In this document: positions 18,277 through 26,861 of the stretch, one piece after another
Position numbering within the stretch: position 1 is the first letter of the stretch
Layout of the letters: the number at the start of each line of letters is the position of its first letter
DNA from: Streptosporangiaceae bacterium
GTDB lineage: Bacteria; Actinomycetota; Actinomycetes; Streptosporangiales; Streptosporangiaceae
DNA length: 64,000 nucleotides
Direction of reading: 5' to 3'
Assembly: GCA_035276345.1 (NCBI GenBank)
Contig: DATELR010000211.1
Location: 11,991 to 75,990, forward strand
Translations under genes and position numbers: made by a program
Notes under the pieces: model-generated
The model's database searches: none
The model's input: the letters and a program-made list of their open reading frames with translations, nothing else
Told to the model about the DNA's origin: nothing

Positions 18277-20646
18277 TTGTCGGGCGAAGACCGTACCGAG
18301 ATCGAGCGGGATACCGAGCAGGCCTACGTCACGGGACTTTACGAACGGCTGGATGAGCTGAGGGAGCGGGCGTCCGGCCGTCTAGCCGGAACCTTGCGGC
18401 AAGTCGGCGGCACGCCGGCGGCAAGGACCGAGCGGGAAGCGCTCGCCGTCATGTACCGCCAGCAGCTTGGGCAGCTCGATGCCGCTGAAAACGGCCTGTG
18501 CTTCGGCCGGCTCGAATTCAACGACGGCGCCAAAAGTTACATCGGGCGCCTGGGCATGCATGCCGACAACGAGACCTACGACCAGCTGCTGATGGACTGG
18601 CGTGCCGACGCGGCGAGGCCGTTTTACCTGGCTACCGCCGCGTCACCCGGCGATGTCAGGGTGCGGCGTCACATCAAAACCCGGGCAAGGACCGTGCAGC
18701 GGCTGGACGACGAGGTGCTTGACCTGGCGACCGCTGACCCCAGTAAGCATGAGGGGCTGACCGGCGAGTCGGCGCTCCTCGCAGCGCTGAACACGGGCCG
18801 GACCGGGCGGATGCGCGACATCGTCGAGACAATCCAGGCCGAGCAGGACCGCATCATCAGGTCTGGGCTGCCCGGCATCCTGGTCGTCCAGGGCGGCCCT
18901 GGTACCGGTAAGACCGCGGTGGCCCTGCACCGGGCGGCCTACCTGCTGTATACCTATCGGCGCCAGCTCGAGAAGCGTGGCGTGCTGGTGATCGGGCCGA
19001 ACGCCACCTTCTTGCGCTACATCGGCCAGGTACTTCCGTCGCTGGGCGAGACGAGCGTGCTACTCGCGACCATCGGTGACCTGATGCCCGGGATCGAGGC
19101 TGCAGGCTCCGAGACCGCTGAGGTGGCGCGGATCAAGGGCAGGCCGGGGATGGCGAAGGTGGTTGCCGCCGCAGTGCGGGACCGTCAGCGCGTGCCACAG
19201 GATGGCCTGGAGATCAATTTTGACAGGGTCAGCTACCGGCTCAGCAGGCAGGCACTGACGAGGGCGCGGGAGCGAGCGCGCCGGTCGCGGCGCCCGCACA
19301 ACCAGGCAAGGCGGGTATTCGCACGCGAGGCGCTGGACGAGCTCGCGCGCGTGGTCTCCGGTCGGCTGGGTGCTGACCCGCTGGGCGGCGGGAACCTGAT
19401 GGGGCGTACCGACATCGAGGACCTGCGGGCAGAGCTGCGCGATGATCCCGAGATCCGCGCGGCCATCGGCCGCCTCTGGCCGGTCCTTACGCCGCAGCAG
19501 CTCATCGGCGACCTGTTCGCCTCGAAGCGGCTCCTGGCCTCGGCGGGACGCTCGCTGACGGAAGACGAGCGCGAACTGCTGCGCCGGCAGAACGGAACGC
19601 CATGGACTCCGGCCGATGTGCCGCTGCTCGACGAGGCCGCAGAACTCCTCGGCGAGGACGACCGCGCCGCCAAGGCCGCAGCGCGCCGCCGGCGCGATGA
19701 GGAAGAGGCTTATGCGCATGGCGTGCTGGAGATCATCGGCCGTGACGAGGAGGACGATCCAGAGATTCTCATGGGCGCCGACATGCTCGACGCCGCAAGG
19801 CTCGCGGCCCGGTTCGGCAACGACAGCTACCTCACCCCTGCTGAACGAGCTGCAGAAGACCGTACCTGGGCGTTCGGGCACGTGATCGTCGATGAGGCGC
19901 AGGAGCTATCGCCGATGGCGTGGCGGATGGTGATGCGTCGGTGCCCAGCCAAGTCGATGACCATCGTGGGCGACGTGGCGCAAACGGGCGACGTTGCCGG
20001 GACGGCCTCCTGGTCAGACGCCCTCGGCCCGTTTGTCGGTGAACGGTGGCGGCTGGCGCCGCTGACGGTCAATTACCGCACGCCGGCCGAGATCATGACG
20101 GTGGCCGCAGAGGTTCTGGCGCAGATTGACCCGGAGGCCGTGCCGCCTCGTTCGGTCAGGGAGTCAGGCGCGGTGCCGTGGCGGCTTCAGGTGGCGTCGG
20201 CCGGCCTCGCCGATGCCGCCGCCGACGCGGCCGCCGGGATGGCGGCGCAGACGGCAGAGGGAACCCTCGCGGTGATCGTCCCGCACGGCCGGCTCGCGGA
20301 GATCGGCGCCGCCGTACAGAATGCGCTCCCGGATGCGGGCGTGGGCGACGCACAGAACGGCGGGCCCGATCTGGAAAGGCCCGTTGTCGTCCTGACCGTG
20401 CGGCAGGCGAAAGGGCTGGAGTTCGACACTGTGCTGGTTACCGATCCTGGGGCGATCGTGGCCGAATCTCCGCTCGGGCTCGGTGATCTGTACGTCGCGC
20501 TGACGAGGGCTACCCAGCGCGCCGGCGTCGTCTACACCGGCGAGCCTGACCCAGTGCTGGCGAGCCTCGCCGAGGTGAGCACGGTGCCCGAAGGGCTTGG
20601 TCTCAGTGCCGGACGAAGCGTTGTTCCCGACACGGAGGTCGCTTAG
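18277..20646 (+). CDS. helD: HelD-type UvrD-like helicase (RNA polymerase-associated recycling ATPase, actinobacterial class)
   Basis: Likely TTG 18277, following GAAGGGA. N-terminal region is EQAYVTGLYERLDELRE...LCFGRLEF...YIGRLGM...LMDWRADAARPFYLAT...VRVRRHI. Walker A is GGPGTGKTAVALHRAAYLL, and the C-terminal motif is KGLEFDTVLV. Confidence 0.85.
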   Translation: MSGEDRTEIERDTEQAYVTGLYERLDELRERASGRLAGTLRQVGGTPAARTEREALAVMYRQQLGQLDAAENGLCFGRLEFNDGAKSYIGRLGMHADNETYDQLLMDWRADAARPFYLATAASPGDVRVRRHIKTRARTVQRLDDEVLDLATADPSKHEGLTGESALLAALNTGRTGRMRDIVETIQAEQDRIIRSGLPGILVVQGGPGTGKTAVALHRAAYLLYTYRRQLEKRGVLVIGPNATFLRYIGQVLPSLGETSVLLATIGDLMPGIEAAGSETAEVARIKGRPGMAKVVAAAVRDRQRVPQDGLEINFDRVSYRLSRQALTRARERARRSRRPHNQARRVFAREALDELARVVSGRLGADPLGGGNLMGRTDIEDLRAELRDDPEIRAAIGRLWPVLTPQQLIGDLFASKRLLASAGRSLTEDERELLRRQNGTPWTPADVPLLDEAAELLGEDDRAAKAAARRRRDEEEAYAHGVLEIIGRDEEDDPEILMGADMLDAARLAARFGNDSYLTPAERAAEDRTWAFGHVIVDEAQELSPMAWRMVMRRCPAKSMTIVGDVAQTGDVAGTASWSDALGPFVGERWRLAPLTVNYRTPAEIMTVAAEVLAQIDPEAVPPRSVRESGAVPWRLQVASAGLADAAADAAAGMAAQTAEGTLAVIVPHGRLAEIGAAVQNALPDAGVGDAQNGGPDLERPVVVLTVRQAKGLEFDTVLVTDPGAIVAESPLGLGDLYVALTRATQRAGVVYTGEPDPVLASLAEVSTVPEGLGLSAGRSVVPDTEVA

Positions 20647-20793
20647 CGTCGCGTCGGCGCGTAATTCGGTGGCGATCGGCAGGGGCGCTGACTTAGGTTG
20701 AGCCGGCAGCCGGTTTCGGCTGGGTGCTGGCCCGCAGGCTGGCGCCACGAGCTCGAGCTCAGGGAGTGACTGTGATAATGGTCATGGTCTTCC

Positions 20794-21405
20794 GTGCCAG
20801 GGCGACAGTCGTCCGGCGCGGCCACGGCGCGGAACCGCTCGCGTCGTCCGCGACAGTGGCCGGCGCAGAATCCGGCTGGCGCGCATTTCCTCACTGACCG
20901 CGGGCTGATCGGCCAGCTGGTCAGGGCCAGCGGAGCTGGCACCGGTGACCTCGTGTTCGACCTGGGCGCCGGATACGGCGCCCTCACCGTGCCGCTGGCG
21001 CGTACCGGCGCCAGAGTGATCGCGATCGAGCTCGATCCCAGGCTGGCCGGGCGGCTCAGGCGGCGGTTCGCCGACGAACCGCAGGTAGCAGTCGTGGAGG
21101 CAGACCTGCGGCGAGTGCCGCTGCCGCGACGGCCGTTCCATGTGGTCGCGAGCCCGCCGTTCGCGCTGACCACCATGCTCTGCAGGCGGCTGCTCGGCGA
21201 CAGGAGCGTCCAGCTGACCGGCGCTGAACTGGTATTGGAGTGGGGCGCCGCGAAGTGGCTCGCGAACCCGGAGCCGCGGGACCGGGAGACGGCAAGCTGG
21301 GCAGCAAGGTATGAGATGCATCTCGTGCGGCGGGTGCCAGCGGCCAGCTTCTCGCCGCCGCCCGGCTCCGATGCCGCATATCTGCGCATCAGGCGCCGCG
21401 GCTAG
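20794..21405 (+). CDS. Short Erm/KsgA-superfamily rRNA adenine N6-methyltransferase-like protein (Rossmann domain only)
   Basis: GTG start. The AHFL motif takes the place of QNFL. The SAM motif is DLVFDLGAGYGALTVPLARTGARVIAIELD. Motif IV reads VASPPF. At 203 aa it has no C-terminal RNA-binding domain, an architecture that recalls mycobacterial Erm(37). Confidence 0.65.
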   Translation: MPGRQSSGAATARNRSRRPRQWPAQNPAGAHFLTDRGLIGQLVRASGAGTGDLVFDLGAGYGALTVPLARTGARVIAIELDPRLAGRLRRRFADEPQVAVVEADLRRVPLPRRPFHVVASPPFALTTMLCRRLLGDRSVQLTGAELVLEWGAAKWLANPEPRDRETASWAARYEMHLVRRVPAASFSPPPGSDAAYLRIRRRG

Positions 21406-21449
21406 CCAGCCTGCACACGTGGCTCGCGGCGCCGGAGCCCAGCGCGAAC

Positions 21450-22559
21450 TCACCTGCCGATGGAGTCCAGCGCAGTCGCGAACGCCTGCTGAAACGCGGC
21501 GTACGATCGGGTCGGGCTCGCAGCGGGCGGCTTAGCGGCGTCCAATGCCGCTAGCGCGGACTGTGCCACGTCTGCGGGACGCCCCGAGGTAACTGCCGCA
21601 TCGCCGAGTTCGAGTTCATGCTGGAGGTTGTCGCGGCCGTGCCCAGGCAAGACATCGAGCAGCAGGAGCGGCCGCCCGACCGTGCGTGCTTCAGTGCAGG
21701 TGCAGCCCGAACTCGTGATCACCAGGTCGCTGGCGGCCATGAGCTCGGGTATCCGGTCGGTATAGCCGATCGGGCGGACCCGCGGCTGACGCCTGGAGGC
21801 CGCCTGGAGCTTGCGCTCCAAGCCCGCGTTTTGCCCGGCCACGGCCAGGACGTGGACGGCTGCGTTCCCGAGTGCCTCAGCCGCCTCGGCTACCGGCCCG
21901 ATACCCCAGCCGCCACTCATCAGCAAGACGCACCGCTCATGTTCGGGAATGCCCAGGCGCCTCCGCGCGTGGTCCTGGGTCGGCGGCTCATAGAACGCGG
22001 CGCGGAGCGGCTGCGGCACGACGAGGACCTTGGCATCTGGCTCAAACCTGCGTACCGCACGCTCCGCTAGCTCGGAGGTAACTAGATACAAGTCGACATT
22101 CGGGTGCACCCAGAGCCGGTGCGGCGTCGCGTCGCTGCAGAAGACGACGTGGCTCATCGAGGGATACCGCGGCTTGAGCTGGCTGACGGCTGAAGCGGCA
22201 GTGGCGAACACTGACAGCGCAAGGTCCACCCGGTTGGCGTCCAGCACAGCGCGCAGCCTTGGCTCGATCTGCCGGCGTGCGACTGCGTCCGTCAGCATCG
22301 CGAGACTGCCGCCGGTGCGCAGTTCAGCGAAATGGAAGGCGTCGAATACACCGGGCACGGCCAGCATGGCCCGGAAGACTGCTCTGCCCACGGAACCGCC
22401 GCCACGGCCGAGCAGCCGCATCAAGTCCAAGGTCCTGGTCGACCAGCCCTCGGCTTCGAGCGTCGCCGAGCATGCCTCGGCGAGCATGTCGTGGCCCTTG
22501 CCAATCGATCCCGACAGCAGCAGCGCCCGCCGCCCGCTCGGATAGGAGTGCCAGGTCAC
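21450..22559 (-). CDS. GT28-family glycosyltransferase with an MGDG-synthase-like N-terminal domain (diacylglycerol glycosyltransferase type)
   Basis: Sequence features are ALLLSGSIGKGHDMLAEA..., ...LLMSGGWGIGP..., ...MAASDLVITSSGCTCTEA. It is the last gene of the minus-strand operon and overlaps the upstream gene by 4 nt. Confidence 0.75.
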   Translation of the reverse strand: MTWHSYPSGRRALLLSGSIGKGHDMLAEACSATLEAEGWSTRTLDLMRLLGRGGGSVGRAVFRAMLAVPGVFDAFHFAELRTGGSLAMLTDAVARRQIEPRLRAVLDANRVDLALSVFATAASAVSQLKPRYPSMSHVVFCSDATPHRLWVHPNVDLYLVTSELAERAVRRFEPDAKVLVVPQPLRAAFYEPPTQDHARRRLGIPEHERCVLLMSGGWGIGPVAEAAEALGNAAVHVLAVAGQNAGLERKLQAASRRQPRVRPIGYTDRIPELMAASDLVITSSGCTCTEARTVGRPLLLLDVLPGHGRDNLQHELELGDAAVTSGRPADVAQSALAALDAAKPPAASPTRSYAAFQQAFATALDSIGR

Positions 22560-23470
22560 CGGTTACCTCGCTGACTGTTGAGCCAGGTCAGGTATCTGCG
22601 GATGCCTTCGATGAGCGGCGTGCTAGGCGACCACTCAAGGATGTCCTTGGCTCGCTGATTGGAGTTGCTGACGCGTTCGTAGTCAGCTGCCCGGCCGTCG
22701 GTGTGCCGGATCGGGACTTGCCGCACGAGTTGCTGTACGGCCTCGGCAATCTCATTCACCGAGACTGGGGTGTCGCCCTCGAGCGCGATGGTCTGGTTCG
22801 CTGCCGCGGGCGTAAAGGCCCTGACGTGAGCTTCGGCGAGGTCTTCCACATAGACGAAGTTCCGTTGTTGCTCGCCGGTCCCTGCGATCATGATCGGCTC
22901 GCCGTTCCTGGCGGCCTGAACGAACCTCGCGATGACCAGCGCTTCTCGCATTCGCGGACCGTAGGGGACGCCGTAGCGAAGGATGGTGAACTCCTGGTCG
23001 TACATCTCCAGGTAACTGCGCATGACCATCTCGGCGGCGAGCTTGGTGGAGACGTAGAGGTGACCGGATCGGGCGAGGTCCACCGGCGCGTCCTCGGTGC
23101 GCTCGCCGCTTCCTGCCGTCGCGCCGTAGACCCATACGGTGCTGGCCAGAAGAACACGACCGCATCGTCGGCGGCGCGCGGCGTCGAGGACCCGGGCAGC
23201 ACCTTCCACGTCGAGCCTGACCGCTGAGACCGGATCCGCGGCGACCTCGTTGACATCAGCTACTCCGGCCAGGTGGAAGACGATGTCGCAGCCCCTGAAC
23301 GCGGCACGCAGGACCGTCTCGTCAAAGATGTCGGCGATGACGTAACCGGCGTCGGGGTTGAGCCATCGTTTCTTCTTGTCGACGACGACGACCTCGTGGC
23401 CAGCGGCGACAAGATGATCGACAACATGAGAGCCGATGAACCCGCAGCCACCGGTCACCGCGGCGCGCAT
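22556..23470 (-). CDS. NAD-dependent sugar-nucleotide epimerase/dehydratase
   Basis: Likely start is MRAAVTGGCGFIGSHVVDHLV (GxxGxxG). The catalytic motif YVSTK is present. It overlaps the upstream aminotransferase 3' end by 16 nt. Confidence 0.85.
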   Translation of the reverse strand: MRAAVTGGCGFIGSHVVDHLVAAGHEVVVVDKKKRWLNPDAGYVIADIFDETVLRAAFRGCDIVFHLAGVADVNEVAADPVSAVRLDVEGAARVLDAARRRRCGRVLLASTVWVYGATAGSGERTEDAPVDLARSGHLYVSTKLAAEMVMRSYLEMYDQEFTILRYGVPYGPRMREALVIARFVQAARNGEPIMIAGTGEQQRNFVYVEDLAEAHVRAFTPAAANQTIALEGDTPVSVNEIAEAVQQLVRQVPIRHTDGRAADYERVSNSNQRAKDILEWSPSTPLIEGIRRYLTWLNSQRGNR

Positions 23471-24627
23471 GCAGGCCCCCCGAAGCCGGCCAGCGCGTCG
23501 GCCGACACCTTGGCGATGGCCTCGAGCACCTGGTCGACCTCTTCGTCGCGCATATCTGAATGCACCGGCAGGCAGACATGGCGCCTGCACACGTCCTCTG
23601 CGACCGGCAGGCTCCGCCCCGTGGCGTACTCGGCCAGCACGGGCTGCAGGTGCAGCGGCAGGTCGTAGACCTCACCAGCGAGGTGGACATCATGTCTGTC
23701 GGCGAGCATCTCCTTGAACCACGTGCGGTCGACGCCGGGTGGCAGCAGTGCGATGAATTCGGAGAAATTGCTCAGACAGCCCGGCGGTTCCGGCAAGGCC
23801 CAGAGGGCCCCGATCCCGGCCAGTCCCGCCGTGTACTGAGCCGCCACGGCGCGCCTCCTGGCGATGAACTCGGCGAGCCTGCGCAGGTGCACCAGGCCAG
23901 TGGCCGCGCTGAGTTCATTCATCCGCCACGCGTAACCGGGCCTGACGTGCTGGTTGATGACGAACGCGGCCTTGCCATGGTCCCGGTAGATCCTTGCTTC
24001 CCGCTCGAGGTCGGCGGATCTGGTCAGGATCATGCCGCCCTCGCCGCTCGTTACTGGCTTGGTCGGATAGAACGAGAACGCTGCGGCGGCGCCGAAGGAG
24101 CCGGCGAGTCTGCCCTGGTAACTCGAACCGTGCGCCTCCGACGCGTCCTCGACCAGGTAGACGCCGTTGATCTGGCACAGCCGTCTCAGGTCGTCGACCG
24201 CAGGCGTGATCAGCCCGCCGACATGAGCAAGCACGACGGCTGCCGTGTTCGGCGTCAGCGTGGCGGCGAGGGTGCGCGGGCTCAGCGCGAAGGTGTCCTT
24301 GTCGATGTCTGCGAAGACCGGTCGTGCGCCAGCGCCGATGGCCGCGGCCGCCGTGGCGTAGAACGCGTTCGCCGGAACGATCACGTCCCGGCCCGCCACG
24401 CCGATGCTGCGAAGGATGATCTCGAGCGCCGATGTCCCGCTGGAGACGGCGATCGCCCTCAGCGGTTCAGCCGGGGCACATTCGTGCGCGGCGGCAAATC
24501 CGCTCTCGAATTTCTCGGTGTACGGGCCCAAAGTGAGAGCGCCCGTTGCCAGAATTCCTGATATGGCCGCCGCTATCTCGACCCTGTCCGGTTCGGGAAA
24601 GACTACGCGCGCGGCTTGAACTCCCAC
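23455..24627 (-). CDS. DegT/DnrJ/EryC1/StrS-family sugar aminotransferase
   Basis: GTG 24627 follows GGGGGAAG. Sequence features are ...LGPYTEKFESGFAAAH..., ...AVSSGTSALEI..., and the PLP-lysine context FSFYPTKPVTSGEGG. Confidence 0.88.
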   Translation of the reverse strand: MGVQAARVVFPEPDRVEIAAAISGILATGALTLGPYTEKFESGFAAAHECAPAEPLRAIAVSSGTSALEIILRSIGVAGRDVIVPANAFYATAAAAIGAGARPVFADIDKDTFALSPRTLAATLTPNTAAVVLAHVGGLITPAVDDLRRLCQINGVYLVEDASEAHGSSYQGRLAGSFGAAAAFSFYPTKPVTSGEGGMILTRSADLEREARIYRDHGKAAFVINQHVRPGYAWRMNELSAATGLVHLRRLAEFIARRRAVAAQYTAGLAGIGALWALPEPPGCLSNFSEFIALLPPGVDRTWFKEMLADRHDVHLAGEVYDLPLHLQPVLAEYATGRSLPVAEDVCRRHVCLPVHSDMRDEEVDQVLEAIAKVSADALAGFGGPACAPR

Positions 24628-24821
24628 TGCTTCCCCCGTCCGTCAAACCCCCGATATCCAGGTGCTTCTGACATGAGTCCCCGCTTGCACACTGCGCAGA
24701 TCCTGGACATGACATGATTGCAGTAATGGATCAGCCGCCGTATACCGACATCTGCGGGTGCCCAATTGGCGATGCCTTGAGCGACCATGTCATAGGTGTC
24801 CATTAATGTGCTGGAAAGGCC

Positions 24822-25613
24822 GTGTCTGACAAGCCAAATATGACTGTTGCCGCCGATAGCCGGTCAAGCTGGGCGCTCGCCGGGCGGGCGCTGGCGGCAG
24901 CCGGCGGGCTCGCCATAGCGCACGCGGGGCCTGGAATCACCGCGCTGCGCTCGGTCCGCACGTCGCTGTTTCCGCTCCTGTCCGGCAAGGCGCTCTCCGA
25001 TCACGTGGCGCTGACATTCGATGACGGTCCCGACCTTGAAGCGACTCCGTTGTTCCTGAAGCTGCTCCGTGAACGGGGCCTGCGTGCAACTTTCTTCCTG
25101 CTCGGTTCCCAGGTATCGAAGGCGCCACGCCTGGCGGCCGACATCGCCGACGATGGTCACGAAATCGGGGTACACGGCTGGCGTCATCGTTACCTACCGT
25201 TGCGCGGGCCGATTGCCACTCACGACGACCTCGTCGCCGCGAAGGAGATCATCACCGCGACTTCGGGAGTGAATCCGTGGCTCTTCCGGCCGCCATACGG
25301 CGTGCTGAGTACCGCGGCCCTGATCTCGGCACGTCGGCTCGGCCTGACGCCAGTGCTGTGGAGTGCCTGGGGTCGTGAATGGGCGCCGGGTTCGACGCCA
25401 GCTTCGGTGCACGCGACACTGGCAGGCGGCCTGGACGGCGGGGCTACGGTGCTGCTGCACGACTCGGACTGCACCTCGCCGGCCGGGTCGTGGCGGGCGG
25501 CGCTGGGCGCCCTGCCGCGCTTGCTCGACGAGTGCGAGCAGCGAGGCATGCAGGTCGGCCCGCTCGGCGAGCACGGATTGCACTGGCGCCAGCCGGTCCG
25601 GTTCGGCGTGTGA
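24822..25613 (+). CDS. Polysaccharide deacetylase (NodB homology domain)
   Basis: Has motifs TFDDGP, HGWRH and LFRPPYG, plus a hydrophobic N-terminal segment. It is divergent from the aminotransferase operon across a 194-nt lower-GC spacer. Confidence 0.88.
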   Translation: MSDKPNMTVAADSRSSWALAGRALAAAGGLAIAHAGPGITALRSVRTSLFPLLSGKALSDHVALTFDDGPDLEATPLFLKLLRERGLRATFFLLGSQVSKAPRLAADIADDGHEIGVHGWRHRYLPLRGPIATHDDLVAAKEIITATSGVNPWLFRPPYGVLSTAALISARRLGLTPVLWSAWGREWAPGSTPASVHATLAGGLDGGATVLLHDSDCTSPAGSWRAALGALPRLLDECEQRGMQVGPLGEHGLHWRQPVRFGV

Positions 25614-25621
25614 GGAGCGAG

Positions 25622-26377
25622 CTAGCCGCGCTGCGACGCCTCGGTCGCTGCGGCGATGATCCCGGCCAGCCGCCGGCTGTGCGCGCCGCGCCAGTAGACA
25701 CGTGCGCATTGCGAGCACCGGGAGAACTGGTCGTAGGTCCGGCGCGTCCCTGGCAATAGCTCTGCGGCGACCTCGTCCTTCGGAGCCGGGTTCAGCTGGC
25801 CGTTGCAGGCAACGCACCTGGTCCACGGCGCCAGCGGCGGCGCGAACCGGTCCAGCACATCAGTCAGCTGCTCGTCGGCACGGTCGCCGCGAACGTAGGC
25901 ACCGAACCACAGTCTCCTGCGCTTGAGCAGGCCTCGGTCCTTGGTCAGCAGCGACCTGCGACCCGCGTTGGCGAGGTCGATGAGCGTGTCGTCCTCGAGG
26001 TCGTTGGAATAGCCGGTGTCCAGCCCGACCAGGCGCATCCGACGGGCCAGCGCGCCGAGGTGCACATCCAGCAGGAACTTCGGCTCAGGCAGCGGCTGAG
26101 GCCGGCTGATGGCGCCAACGCGGATCCGGTCGCCGGGAACCGGCTGGTACGACGATCGCGTCGGTGTCCCGTTGACGAGGAGCGAACCGACCTCCGGCAG
26201 CGGGACGCCGGCCGCTTCGACGAGGTGACCAAGGGTCGAGGTGCCGTCGGCGCGGACGCGGACCGTTCCGCCGCCGGCATTGGCTGGCCGCCCGCGAGGA
26301 GTGAGGAACATCCGGAGCTCGGGCGCGAACTCGAGCTCCAGCGGAGGCTCAGGCGACGGAGCCATGCCTACCAGCAT
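25622..26377 (-). CDS. Mut7-C RNase domain protein with an N-terminal ubiquitin-like (Ub-Mut7C) domain
   Basis: The PIN-like core is FLLDVHLGALARRMRLVGLDT...LLTKDRGLLKRR. The zinc ribbon is CVACNG...CSQCARVYWRGAH. The start is uncertain (26377, 26365 or 26434). Confidence 0.78.
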   Translation of the reverse strand: MLVGMAPSPEPPLELEFAPELRMFLTPRGRPANAGGGTVRVRADGTSTLGHLVEAAGVPLPEVGSLLVNGTPTRSSYQPVPGDRIRVGAISRPQPLPEPKFLLDVHLGALARRMRLVGLDTGYSNDLEDDTLIDLANAGRRSLLTKDRGLLKRRRLWFGAYVRGDRADEQLTDVLDRFAPPLAPWTRCVACNGQLNPAPKDEVAAELLPGTRRTYDQFSRCSQCARVYWRGAHSRRLAGIIAAATEASQRG

Positions 26378-26453
26378 GCCAACCCCGCCGATGGCCGGCG
26401 CGTACTGAACGGGACTTCTGGCGCCGCGCGGCAATGCGATATATCGTGCTGCT

Positions 26454-26804
26454 GTGAACAGCCCGTCGCTCAGCCCGGACGAGATCCGCGCCGCCGCCGA
26501 GACCCACCGTGACCTAGGCCCTGACTATCAGTCGGCCGTCATCGAGTCGTTCCTCGACCGCGTCGGCAGGGAGATCGACGCGCGCGTTGACGCGCGCCTG
26601 GCCGCTGCTCGGGTACCGGATCCACCTGCCAGGCAGCCTCGTGAGCGCCAGCCGCTGACGCTGGCCATCGTGTCGATCGTGCTCGGCATCCCGCTGAGCG
26701 GGATCGCCGTGGCGGCCGGCACCAATCCGCCAGGCTTCGCCGGCCTTCTGGTGATCTGGATTGCGATCGCCGTCATCAACATCGCCTACTCGCGGCGAAG
26801 TTAA
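26454..26804 (+). CDS. Small conserved actinobacterial membrane protein (function unknown)
   Basis: GTG start. A soluble N-terminal helix (LSPDEIRAAAETHRDLGPDYQSAVIESFLDRV) is followed by two TM helices. Confidence 0.6.
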   Translation: MNSPSLSPDEIRAAAETHRDLGPDYQSAVIESFLDRVGREIDARVDARLAAARVPDPPARQPRERQPLTLAIVSIVLGIPLSGIAVAAGTNPPGFAGLLVIWIAIAVINIAYSRRS

Positions 26805-26861
26805 GGGCATCCCCAAGGCAGGCAGACCAGGGCGCGATCGGCTGTCGCGGCCTGTGCGTCG

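Noticed and set aside
24603-24803. 66-aa Cys-containing ORF (MDTYDMVAQGIANW...HYCNHVMSRICAVCKRG...) just upstream of the DegT-family gene.
   Set aside because: It lies in the lower-GC divergent promoter spacer. GC3 is only about 60-65%, there is no SD, and it overlaps the aminotransferase start by 25 nt. It is more likely promoter DNA than a zinc-ribbon peptide, though it could be revisited with Ribo-seq.
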